A stretch of 64,000 nt of DNA from a bacterium (lineage in GTDB: Bacteria; Patescibacteriota; Minisyncoccia; Sungbacterales; SURF-37): assembly GCA_030648055.1 (NCBI GenBank), contig JAUSHI010000002.1, positions 178-64,177 on the forward strand, in the 5' to 3' direction. Positions 26,240 to 35,311 of this stretch are shown here, piece by piece. Each line of letters begins with the position of its first letter. The stretch's first letter is position 1. Both the position numbers and the translations under genes were made by a program. The notes under the pieces are model-generated. The model saw only the letters and a program-made list of their open reading frames with translations, was not told the DNA's origin and ran no database searches.

Positions 26240-27604
26240 ATGTCAATCAATCCCGATATTTTTAAAGCATACGATATTCGCGGTGTCGTGCCGAAACAGC
26301 TTGACACGGAAGGCGCAAAAAAAATTGGCAATGCTATTGTGGTGTTTTTAGCCCGCAAATACAAAAAACAGGCGCTTACTATTGTGGTCGGCGCGGATGT
26401 TAGGGCTTCTTCACCCATGATTAAAAAAGCTCTTATTGAGGGCATTACTCTTCATGGCAGTTCGGTTATTGATATCGGCACCGTGACGACTCCGCTTTTT
26501 TATTTTCTGCTCCAGGAGCATGCCTCTGACGGTGGAGTTATGGTGACCGCCTCACACAATCCCCCCGAATATAACGGATTTAAAATACGTGGACGAAACA
26601 CTGTTGCTATTGCGGAAAATTCCGGGCTTAAGACGATTCAGAAATTAACTGGCAAAAAAGAACTTATCCGCGGAAAGAAATTAGGGAGCATTAGTGAGAA
26701 AAAAAACGGCGCGGATAAATATATCGCCTATCTTTTAAAAAAGGTGAAGCTTGGAAAAGCGCGGGTGGTGGTGGACGCATCGGGGGGTGCCGCAACTCTT
26801 ATTCTTCCAAAACTGCTTTCCCATTTTCCGGGAGTTTTATATAAGCCTCTTTTTTTTAAACCTGACGGAAGTTTTTCGCATCACGACCCGAATCCGGTGA
26901 AACCCGAGTCGCAGGAGTTTATAAAGGAAGAGCTCGCGTCGGGCAGTTTTGATTTTGGCGTAGTATTTGACGGTGATGGCGACCGCATAGTGTTTTTTGA
27001 CGAATTCGGGCGGGAAGTCCGCGGAGATTTTATTGTGGCACTTCTTGCCGGAGAGCTTTTAAAAGAACACCCTAAAAGTTTTGTGGTTATGAACGCGACC
27101 GCGTCAAAAGCAGTGGAAGAATATATAACTTCTCTTGGAGGGAAGTTTGTGCGGACAAAACAGGGGTATGTTTATATTTCATCTGTAATGCGGGAAAAGC
27201 GGGCTATTCTCGGCGGAGAAACTTCGCATCATTTTTATTTTCGCGATTTCGGGTGCAACGAATCAAGCATGTACGCGCTTCTTAAGATGCTTGAGATCAT
27301 GGCGCGAACACCCAAAAAGCTCTCGCATCTTGTCGGGCCGTTACAAAAATATGTTACAGCGCCTGAAACAAATTTTGAGGTTGGAGATAAAGCGAGGGTT
27401 ATTCGTGCGGTGCTTAAGTATTTTAAAAAAGATGGAAAGGTGTCCCGCCTTGACGGCATTACTATTAATTTTCCCGATTGGTGGTTTATTATCCGGCCGT
27501 CAAACACCGAGCCCTTAATTCGCCTGACTGTTGAGGCTAAAACCCAGGAACTTTTTGACGAGAAGCTAAAAGAACTTTCGGAATTTATAAAAAGAGCTTC
27601 GTAA
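26240..27604 (+). CDS. phosphomannomutase/phosphoglucomutase (alpha-D-phosphohexomutase)
   Basis: FKAYDIRG, active-site loop TASHNPPEYNGFK, metal loop FDGDGDR. TATAAT lies 6 nt upstream of the ATG. Confidence 0.9.
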   Translation: MSINPDIFKAYDIRGVVPKQLDTEGAKKIGNAIVVFLARKYKKQALTIVVGADVRASSPMIKKALIEGITLHGSSVIDIGTVTTPLFYFLLQEHASDGGVMVTASHNPPEYNGFKIRGRNTVAIAENSGLKTIQKLTGKKELIRGKKLGSISEKKNGADKYIAYLLKKVKLGKARVVVDASGGAATLILPKLLSHFPGVLYKPLFFKPDGSFSHHDPNPVKPESQEFIKEELASGSFDFGVVFDGDGDRIVFFDEFGREVRGDFIVALLAGELLKEHPKSFVVMNATASKAVEEYITSLGGKFVRTKQGYVYISSVMREKRAILGGETSHHFYFRDFGCNESSMYALLKMLEIMARTPKKLSHLVGPLQKYVTAPETNFEVGDKARVIRAVLKYFKKDGKVSRLDGITINFPDWWFIIRPSNTEPLIRLTVEAKTQELFDEKLKELSEFIKRAS

Positions 27605-27670
27605 ATTTTCTGGTGTTGTTTAATTTTTTACGCGGAGTTATTGTTTTAAATTTCAATTCGGGGCAATTAC

Positions 27671-30397
27671 ATGATTGAACAGAATTTGTCGGCGCAAAAT
27701 CATATTCAGAAGGACGGACATATAAACTGGCATAGTTTATATCTTGAAGAGGTATATGAAATACTGCGGACAAAGCCGGGCGGGCTGAGCCAAGAAGATG
27801 GCAGCGGCCGGCTTTTTAAATATGGACCGAATGAATTTGAGGAATTTAAAAGAAGAGGATTATTTTCTATTTTTTTTGATCAACTCAAAGGAATTTTTAT
27901 AGTTATTCTTATTATTGCCGCGGTTATTTCATTTTTTTTAGGCGATACGCCGGACGCGGTAATTATTCTGGCTATAGTCTTGCTGAATTCCACGGTAGGT
28001 TTTGTCCAGGAATATAAAGCCGACAAAACTTTTCGCCTGCTTCAGGAATCTCTTGAAAAAAAAGCGGTTGTGATAAGAAATGGCGAAGAAATGGAAATTT
28101 TAAGGCGCTTAGTTGTTCCCGGGGACATCGCGGTTATTGAGCGCGGAAGAGTGGTGCCGGCCGACTGCCGGATAATAGAATCTAAAAATCTGCTTGTGAA
28201 CGAGTCTGTACTTACCGGGGAGTGGATGGCGGTTAAAAAGACGGCCGACGTTTTTGCAGAAGAGATGGCGCTTGCTGACAGGACAAATATGCTTTTTATG
28301 GGGACCGTTGTTGAAGATGGTTTAGCTAGAGCCGTTGTGGTTTCAACCGGACGCGATACTGAATTTGGAAAAATAGGGGAAAAAGCCCAGGCCGCTTACG
28401 ACACTAACACCCCGCTTGAAAAAGCACTGCAGAAGTTTTCGTTGTTTTTGGGTTTGTTTATTTCAGCCGTTGTGGCGCTACTTTTTGTTTTGGGTTTGAT
28501 AAAAAATGTGCCACCCCTGCAGATGTTTTTGAGTTCCGTAGCTTTGGCCGTCGCCGCAGTACCGGAAGGGCTTGCTGTCGCACTTACCATAATTCTCGCC
28601 ATAGGTATGAAGAGGATTCTTCAGCACCGGGGTTTGGTGCGGAAGCTTCTGGCCGCCGAAACTCTGGGCTCGGTATCGCTTATCGCGACGGATAAAACCG
28701 GAACCATTACAGAGGCGCGCATGCAGGTTTCGCATGTTATTACTGGTACGAAGGAGCTTTTTCGAGATGGCGATGGACGCATGCCCGCGCTTGGGTCGGC
28801 CTCAAGCGATGAATCGCACATGCTTGCCTTGAAATTTGTTGCTATAACAAGCGAGGCGGTTATTGAAAATCCTGAAGCTGAGCTTGAGGAATACAGAATT
28901 CGCGGCCGACCGACTGATCGGGCGCTTACCGAGGCCGCGCTGGAAGCTGGCTTGCGAAAAGATGATTTTGCGGCTAAAGGCGGAATCCTTGATACTTTAT
29001 CATTTGATGAAACAAGAAAGTTTAGTGCCGCGATTATCCGCGGGGAAAAAGAAAATACTCTTGCCGTGGTTGGTGCGCCCGAAAAAATTCTTGAAAATTC
29101 GCGGGAGCTTCATGTGGACGGCCACACTGCCTCACTGAAGTCGGAATATTTTCAAAAAATTAGTGAACGCTACGCATATTTGGTCCGGTCCGGATTGCGG
29201 GTTGTTGCGGTCGCGCACAAAGACACAAACGAGATAAAAATAAATCTAAAAAGCGAAACACTTATCTCTGGATTATCCTTCGTAGGTTTTATTGCTATGC
29301 GCGATCCGGTTAGAAAGGAAGTGGCCGAAGCCATAGTCGCATCCAGGGAAGCTGGCATTAAAACGGTCATTATAACGGGAGATCACGCTTCAACCGCGCG
29401 GGCCGTTGCCGCTGAAGTCGGTCTTAAAATTTCTGAAAAAGAAACAATGGAAGGAAGCGAGCTTGAAACTTTAAGCCAGGAAGCATTGCGGGAGCGAGCC
29501 GGGAGCATTATTCTTTTCGCGCGAGTCTCTCCTGAACATAAAGTTCGTATTGTTGAGGCTTTTCAAAAAAATGGCGAATCGGTGGCTATGGTCGGCGACG
29601 GAATTAATGATGCCCCGGCTTTAAAGCAGGCAGAAATCGGCGTGGTTTTGGAGAGCGGGACGGATGTCGCTAAGAGCTCCGCGGACCTGCTGCTTTTAAA
29701 TAATAGTTTCGCGACCATTATTGCCGCAATCCGCGAAGGCAGAACTATCGTTGAGAATTTGCGCAAGACGCTTGTTTTTCTTCTTTCCGACGGTTTTACC
29801 GAGGTTGTCATCGTTGCTTTGAGCATTTTGTTTCATTTTCCTCTGCCGCTTTTGCCCGCGCAGATTTTATGGATAAATCTGATTGAAGATAGCTTGCCGT
29901 CCTTGGCTTTAGCTTTTGAAAAGGGCAGTCCTGAATTAATGCGTATGGGGCCTGAAAAAAAATTAAAACTTTTAGATGGGAAATTAAGCATGCTTATAGT
30001 TTTTTTCGGGGTGATAGTCAGCGTTTCTGCTTTCGGCTTATTTTGGTGGCTATACAAGACCGGCGGCTCTATAGAATACGCGCGAACCATGGTTTTAGCG
30101 CTTGTCGGCGTAAATTCTTTATTCTATGTGTTCAGTGTTAAAAATTTGCGAGGCACAATTTTCAGCGGGCGATTATTTGATAATCTTTTTCTTATTGCTT
30201 CTCTTTTTGTCGGTTTTCTTCTTATGGCTACGGCGGTTTATGCTCCGGTTTTACAAAAACTTCTGGAAACAGTTCCGCTTCACGCTTTGGATTGGGCCGT
30301 GATTGTGGTATTTGGCGTATTTAACATTGTTTTGATTGAGATTCTGAAATTTGTTTTTCTTCGTTTCGCCCCGCGAAACGGGTTTTTTAAGATATGA
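27671..30397 (+). CDS. cation-transporting P-type ATPase (type II, Ca2+-ATPase-like)
   Basis: DKTGTITE phosphorylation site, TGDHASTA, GDGINDAPALKQAEIG, and about 10 TM helices over 908 aa. Confidence 0.9.
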   Translation: MIEQNLSAQNHIQKDGHINWHSLYLEEVYEILRTKPGGLSQEDGSGRLFKYGPNEFEEFKRRGLFSIFFDQLKGIFIVILIIAAVISFFLGDTPDAVIILAIVLLNSTVGFVQEYKADKTFRLLQESLEKKAVVIRNGEEMEILRRLVVPGDIAVIERGRVVPADCRIIESKNLLVNESVLTGEWMAVKKTADVFAEEMALADRTNMLFMGTVVEDGLARAVVVSTGRDTEFGKIGEKAQAAYDTNTPLEKALQKFSLFLGLFISAVVALLFVLGLIKNVPPLQMFLSSVALAVAAVPEGLAVALTIILAIGMKRILQHRGLVRKLLAAETLGSVSLIATDKTGTITEARMQVSHVITGTKELFRDGDGRMPALGSASSDESHMLALKFVAITSEAVIENPEAELEEYRIRGRPTDRALTEAALEAGLRKDDFAAKGGILDTLSFDETRKFSAAIIRGEKENTLAVVGAPEKILENSRELHVDGHTASLKSEYFQKISERYAYLVRSGLRVVAVAHKDTNEIKINLKSETLISGLSFVGFIAMRDPVRKEVAEAIVASREAGIKTVIITGDHASTARAVAAEVGLKISEKETMEGSELETLSQEALRERAGSIILFARVSPEHKVRIVEAFQKNGESVAMVGDGINDAPALKQAEIGVVLESGTDVAKSSADLLLLNNSFATIIAAIREGRTIVENLRKTLVFLLSDGFTEVVIVALSILFHFPLPLLPAQILWINLIEDSLPSLALAFEKGSPELMRMGPEKKLKLLDGKLSMLIVFFGVIVSVSAFGLFWWLYKTGGSIEYARTMVLALVGVNSLFYVFSVKNLRGTIFSGRLFDNLFLIASLFVGFLLMATAVYAPVLQKLLETVPLHALDWAVIVVFGVFNIVLIEILKFVFLRFAPRNGFFKI

Positions 30398-31353
30398 CGA
30401 CCACTTGGATTTTTATACTTTTTGTGTTTGGCATCGCGCTTTTGGTGCGTACCAGCGGCTGGATGGTGTCGCTTTTAACGTGGATAGCGCGCTATTTGAA
30501 GATGAGCGAATACACGGCCGCCTTTATTTTGATGGCCGCGGCCACTTCTATTCCCGAGCTTTTTGTGGGCATCAATTCGGCACTCACCGGCTTTCCCGTG
30601 CTTTCTTTTGGTAACATTCTTGGCGCAAATATTTTGAATGTAACGCTCGTGCTCGGAGTGGCCGCAATTTTTCGGGCGATTACATTGGAAGACGAACGTA
30701 TTATTCACGGCGCAAGCTTCATATTCACACTTACCTTTACTCCGCTAATCATGCTTCTTGACGGAGTTCTTTCCCGGATTGACGGAGCTCTGCTTATTCT
30801 GGTTTTCTTTGCTTATCTCAGGTATTTGTTTGTTATTTCGCACAATTTGGGACAAGCCATAAATAACATTGAGCAGACCGTGTCAACGTTCGGCGAGTTC
30901 GTTAAAAAAATTTTTCTTTTTATCGGCGGAGTGGTTATATTGCTTATCGCGAGCCGCATTGTGGTATTTGCCGCCGAGGCCTTAGCGGTCCGCTTTGGCA
31001 TTTCTGCGTTTCTTGTCGGGCTGGTTGTAATTTCTTTGGGTACCACCCTGCCCGAACTCACCTTTAGTATCCGTTCTACGCTTAGTCGCAAGGGCGCTAT
31101 GAGTTTTGGCAATGCCATCGGCAGCGTAGTATTCAATCTTTTATTCATTCTCGGGGTGGTAGCGGTAATTCAGCCTATCGTGCTTCAAGGTACAAAAACT
31201 CCGGTGTTTATGAGTTTGTTGACCGTTACCGGAATTTCTTTGCTACTTTACATAACCTCTCGTATTTTCGGGCGGATTTCACGTCTCATGGGAATTTTTC
31301 TCGTTGCGGTATACATTACGGTTGCGTTGTTTATTTTTCAACTTTCTTTTTAA
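30394..31353 (+). CDS. Ca2+/cation antiporter (CaCA/YrbG family)
   Basis: Two alpha-repeats, GNILGANILNVTLVLG and GNAIGSVVFNLLFILG. The start overlaps the ATPase stop by 4 nt. Confidence 0.8.
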   Translation: MTTTWIFILFVFGIALLVRTSGWMVSLLTWIARYLKMSEYTAAFILMAAATSIPELFVGINSALTGFPVLSFGNILGANILNVTLVLGVAAIFRAITLEDERIIHGASFIFTLTFTPLIMLLDGVLSRIDGALLILVFFAYLRYLFVISHNLGQAINNIEQTVSTFGEFVKKIFLFIGGVVILLIASRIVVFAAEALAVRFGISAFLVGLVVISLGTTLPELTFSIRSTLSRKGAMSFGNAIGSVVFNLLFILGVVAVIQPIVLQGTKTPVFMSLLTVTGISLLLYITSRIFGRISRLMGIFLVAVYITVALFIFQLSF

Positions 31354-31377
31354 CAGTAAGAATGTTAGTTTATCGGT

Positions 31378-32472
31378 ATGGAAGCGGTTTTTCTTATTAT
31401 GGTGCTTGTTATTGTTGTTGTCGGTTTTGCCGGAATTTTTTGGCTATTGTCAATGAAAAAAAATGCCCCCGGGGAATCAGAAAAATTAGGAGCGTTTATG
31501 GAACGGCTTTCACAACTTGTCGAACAAAATCGTGAATTGCGCCAGACACTTGATGCGAAACTTAGCGAAACTCATCGGGTAAATCAGCAACAATTCACTC
31601 AAGCCACTCAACTGATGCAGGGAATTTCCGGCCAATCGGCCAAACTTATTGCCGAAGTGACGGAAAAATTGACCAAGCTTGATGAGACCAATAAACAAGT
31701 TATTAATTTTTCCGGACAACTCCAAAATCTCCAGGATATTTTAAAAAATCCGAAACAGCGCGGAATTCTGGGAGAATATTATCTGGAAACGGTACTTAAA
31801 AATGTTTTACCGCCGGGGTCATATCAAATGCAATATCCGTTTTCCGATAAGGTTATCGTGGACGCGGTTGTTTTTCTTGATAAGCGCATTATTCCCATTG
31901 ATTCAAAATTCAGCCTTGAAAATTATAATCGTATTTTAGAAGCCCGCGATCCAACTGAAAAAAAGCGTTATGAGGCGGCTTTGGTCGCGGACCTTAAAAC
32001 CCGAATTGATGAAACGGCAAAATATGTTAAACCGGAAGAAAATACGACAGATTTTGCGTTTATGTTTATTCCGTCTGAAGCGGTGTATTATGACTTGCTG
32101 ATTAATAAGGTCGGCGCTGTGGAGGACAACACAAGAAATCTGATCCACTACGCGGGGCAAAAGAAGGTTATCATCGTTTCTCCAACGTCATTTTTAGCTT
32201 ATTTGCAGACCGTGCTTCAGGGTCTAAAAAATCAAAAAATTTCAGAGCAAGCTAAGGTGATTATAAAACAAGTTGAAAATTTGGGTAAACATTTAATATC
32301 TTTTGAAGACTATCTTCAGCGTATAGGGAAAAATTTAGGAACGACGGTAAGTATGTATAACAATGCGTATAAAGAATTCGGTAAAATTGATAAAGATGTG
32401 TTTAGAATTACGGGTGAGGCGCCGGGTATAGAGCCGGTTGTTATAAAAAAACCGGAAGACGTGGAGGAGTAG
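31378..32472 (+). CDS. rmuC: DNA recombination protein RmuC
   Basis: N-terminal TM helix, coiled coil and the nuclease-like core GEYYLETVL...VDAVVFLDKRIIPIDSKF. Confidence 0.85.
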   Translation: MEAVFLIMVLVIVVVGFAGIFWLLSMKKNAPGESEKLGAFMERLSQLVEQNRELRQTLDAKLSETHRVNQQQFTQATQLMQGISGQSAKLIAEVTEKLTKLDETNKQVINFSGQLQNLQDILKNPKQRGILGEYYLETVLKNVLPPGSYQMQYPFSDKVIVDAVVFLDKRIIPIDSKFSLENYNRILEARDPTEKKRYEAALVADLKTRIDETAKYVKPEENTTDFAFMFIPSEAVYYDLLINKVGAVEDNTRNLIHYAGQKKVIIVSPTSFLAYLQTVLQGLKNQKISEQAKVIIKQVENLGKHLISFEDYLQRIGKNLGTTVSMYNNAYKEFGKIDKDVFRITGEAPGIEPVVIKKPEDVEE

Positions 32473-32514
32473 GGAACTTGCAAAGATGGCGAGTTTTTGT
32501 TAAATTCGTTAGGT

Positions 32515-32829
32515 ATGTCTTTTGCAGTAATTAAAACCGGCGGGAAGCAGTACAGGGTAGAGCCGGGCCAAAAATTAAGAATAGAGAAGTGTGAGGCTGA
32601 AAAGGGCGGCGAAATTAGTTTTGATGAAGTTTTGCTTATTGTAGACGGCGATAAAGTTGAAATTGGAATGCCGCGCATAAGAAACGCTAAAGTTGAGGCC
32701 GAGGTTTTGGAGCAAGGCCGGGAAAAGAAAAAAATTGTTTTTAAATATCACGCCAAATCCCGATACCGCAAACTTAAAGGACATCGACAGCCGTTTACGG
32801 AAGTTATGATAAAAAAGATAGTCTGCTGA
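32515..32829 (+). CDS. rplU: 50S ribosomal protein L21
   Basis: MSFAVIKTGGKQYRVEPGQKL...KYHAKSRYRKLKGHRQPFTEV. Confidence 0.92.
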   Translation: MSFAVIKTGGKQYRVEPGQKLRIEKCEAEKGGEISFDEVLLIVDGDKVEIGMPRIRNAKVEAEVLEQGREKKKIVFKYHAKSRYRKLKGHRQPFTEVMIKKIVC

Positions 32830-32851
32830 TTTTTTTCAAAAGGCAAAAGTT

Positions 32852-32874
32852 AAAAGGCGCGCTTGCGCCTTTTG
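32852..32874. terminator. bidirectional intrinsic terminator
   Basis: AAAAGGCGC-GCTT-GCGCCTTTT. Confidence 0.7.
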
Positions 32875-32896
32875 TGATTTTTCAAAAAGTTAGATT

Positions 32897-33421
32897 TTAT
32901 ATTTGTTCGCGGAAGCGTAGCATCCATTCGTCGGCGATTGATGATTCACATAGCCACAGCATAATATCCTCCGCTGTGAAGTTTTTCGGTTCTTCTCGCA
33001 GATGAATGGTTTTTCCTCCGCGTTTCTCTATGATGTGGTTTTGTGGCCGTAGCGCTTCTTGCGCGCTCTTCCTTTCGGCTATAGCGACAAGCCGTTCTCC
33101 AATTTTTTCCCAGAGCGTTCCTGTTTTGGGATACCCCTGCCCCCAGATTGCTAATAGTGAGGCAAGTTGTGTTTCTTCTTTGGGATGTAAAGCGGTCCAC
33201 CGCGCGAGATGTTCTTGGAATTTATAACACAAGGAACTTATTGTATTTTCATCCGCATGTTCTGATTTATTTGGCACAAGGTCATCTCGGCTTTCCAGAT
33301 CAAAAAGGACGCCCTCAACGTAAGTTCTTTCAAAGCCGGTGCGGGTGATAATGTCGTTTTTTTTCAGGCCATCACGCCACAACGCCACAACACATTCTTT
33401 ATTGGTCGGTCTCGGCCGCAT
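32897..33421 (-). CDS. hypothetical protein with putative N-terminal HTH
   Basis: The start at 33421 (MRPRPTNKEC..) is preceded by AAAAGGAGG. It overlaps the upstream gene end by 23 nt. Confidence 0.5.
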   Translation of the reverse strand: MRPRPTNKECVVALWRDGLKKNDIITRTGFERTYVEGVLFDLESRDDLVPNKSEHADENTISSLCYKFQEHLARWTALHPKEETQLASLLAIWGQGYPKTGTLWEKIGERLVAIAERKSAQEALRPQNHIIEKRGGKTIHLREEPKNFTAEDIMLWLCESSIADEWMLRFREQI

Positions 33422-33914
33422 CGGTTGCCTCCTTTTGCTGGTAAAGTGATTTGAAGCGATTGGCGTTCGTGCCCATTTTGTCGCCATGAAGATCTAACTT
33501 CAATCCATGGGCTTTCATTTGCACGCCGTTATACGTCCGACCAAGGGCTAGGGCAATTTGTAGGATTGTCAGTTCTTTTCCGCGCGTTTCCAAGAACTCA
33601 ATCTCCCGCATGGTCCATTCCTGTCCTCGCTGCCGCGCCGAGGGCAGGGTTATTTCTTGGTGTTTTGTGTTCATTAGGCGTTGCATCTTTCTGTGCTCTT
33701 CGGGGTGGTCTTTTTTGTAGCTTTTTCTATATTTGTTTACGCGAGATCTGTTTTTGTTTATCCAGCGCTTGGACGCGGCGGCACTTGAGCCGGGGTGTCT
33801 GATATCACTTAAAACATTAGAGATGTAGCCGCGCGAAAAGCCGGTAATGGCGTGTATTTCTCCAATTGTTTCTCCTCTTCTGTGTAAGTCTTCAATCCGC
33901 GTTTTTTTGGTCAA
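33399..33914 (-). CDS. DNA-binding protein: N-terminal HTH plus GcrA/Myb-like domain
   Basis: GETIGEIHAITGFSRGYISNVL (HTH). EWTMREIEFLETRGKELTILQIALALGRTYNGVQMKAHGLKL matches the GcrA N-domain pattern W-T-x-E..L..IA..LG...N-x-V..K..RL. Confidence 0.55.
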   Translation of the reverse strand: MTKKTRIEDLHRRGETIGEIHAITGFSRGYISNVLSDIRHPGSSAAASKRWINKNRSRVNKYRKSYKKDHPEEHRKMQRLMNTKHQEITLPSARQRGQEWTMREIEFLETRGKELTILQIALALGRTYNGVQMKAHGLKLDLHGDKMGTNANRFKSLYQQKEATDAAETDQ

Positions 33915-34166
33915 CAGCGCCTCCTTTTAAGTTGGAAAAGAACACAAGTAATTTGTAGCACAATATCTGTCGCTGTCAAGGCCTTTTTAGTATGTTTAGA
34001 ATGTTCCAAATAATAAGCGGTCGCTCGCTATTTGGAACATTTATTTGCATCTTATTTTTATCGGCGGGCGATAACAGATGCCAATATTTTTAGCTTTGAC
34101 GGTGAAGGTTTATTCATGTTATGCCTTAAGCAAGGTTTATGTTCTTTTACAAAAGGAGAAAAAGAG

Positions 34167-34463
34167 ATGTTTATCCTTCTTCTTGTTTTTGCCGGATTGG
34201 TTATCGTTGTTGTTTGTGCTTTGCGTATTTTTGAAATTCGCCGTAATAGGGCAATGGATCGGCTTTCCGGAATGGTGGATTTCGGAGAAATCGAAAAGAT
34301 GCTTGTTGTATGGAAAGCCCAAAATCCAGATAAGAATTATTCGCATCCCGAAGCCCAGCGCCTGATCAGGGCATGCATCAGCGAGATAGCCCGCCACAGA
34401 AGCGACAACCCGCATGGCGACGCGGAACAACACATCTCCAAGCTCATAATGATGCTTAATTAA
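34167..34463 (+). CDS. small membrane-anchored hypothetical protein (98 aa)
   Basis: The ATG at 34167 is preceded by AAAAGGAGAAAAAGAG, and there is an N-terminal TM helix. A terminator follows at about 34470-34495. Confidence 0.5.
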   Translation: MFILLLVFAGLVIVVVCALRIFEIRRNRAMDRLSGMVDFGEIEKMLVVWKAQNPDKNYSHPEAQRLIRACISEIARHRSDNPHGDAEQHISKLIMMLN

Positions 34464-34562
34464 AAAAACCGCCACGTAGTTGTGGCTTTTTTCTTTTTTA
34501 AAAGATATTCATTGTATTTGGCACTTACTTGCTATAGCAGATAAGTGCTATAAAGAGGATTT

Positions 34563-35183
34563 TTATTTTCTGTTTGCCAGCGCGTTTACAATTGTCATTT
34601 CATCCGAGTATTCAAGTTCGGTTCCGGTGGTGAGGCCCCGGCCGAGGCGGGATATTTTAATTTCTAAAGGCCGCAGTACTCTTTCAAGATAGAGAGCGGT
34701 TGAGTCACCATCCGTAGTGGCGTTCGTCGCGAGAATTATTTCAACGTCATTTCCCGAATTTTTAAGGGTTTTCGTTCGCTCAAATAATTCTTTAATATGC
34801 AGTCGTGCTGGCGCGGATGAATCCAGTGGGTCAATGGTACCGTTTAATACGTGATACACGCCGTTGAATTTTCCAGTGCGTTCAATGTTGGCCAGATCCG
34901 CTTCTTTTTCCACCACCATAAGAACGGTTTTTGCGCGACTGCCGCCGCGGCAATGTTCGCAGAGATTGTTCGCCGGTTTTTCTGTTAACTCAATTGACTT
35001 ATAGCAGGAAGCGCAAAATCCGACTTTGCCGTGAAGATTTTTTATGGTGTCAGCCAAGCGCGTTACGGTTTCTCTGTTCTCACCCAAAAGATGGAAGGCA
35101 AAACGCGCCGCTTGGCGCGGCCCGATTCCCGGAAAACGGGTAAAGGCGTCAATTAGTTTTTGGATTGATTGGGGATAGGCCAT
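34563..35183 (-). CDS. recR: recombination protein RecR
   Basis: IQKLIDAFTRFPGIGPRQAARFAF (HhH), a C4 zinc finger CASC..CEHC, and the Toprim region. Confidence 0.9.
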   Translation of the reverse strand: MAYPQSIQKLIDAFTRFPGIGPRQAARFAFHLLGENRETVTRLADTIKNLHGKVGFCASCYKSIELTEKPANNLCEHCRGGSRAKTVLMVVEKEADLANIERTGKFNGVYHVLNGTIDPLDSSAPARLHIKELFERTKTLKNSGNDVEIILATNATTDGDSTALYLERVLRPLEIKISRLGRGLTTGTELEYSDEMTIVNALANRK

Positions 35184-35311
35184 AAAGAAATTATTCTTTT
35201 GGGACTTGACAGAAGTAAGCCATTGCGTTAGTATTATTCTATAAAGGGCTGGCCTTCGTGCCATTTACGCCCAATAGACAATGGTCGCCTTCGGGCGGCC
35301 ACTTTTTTTTA

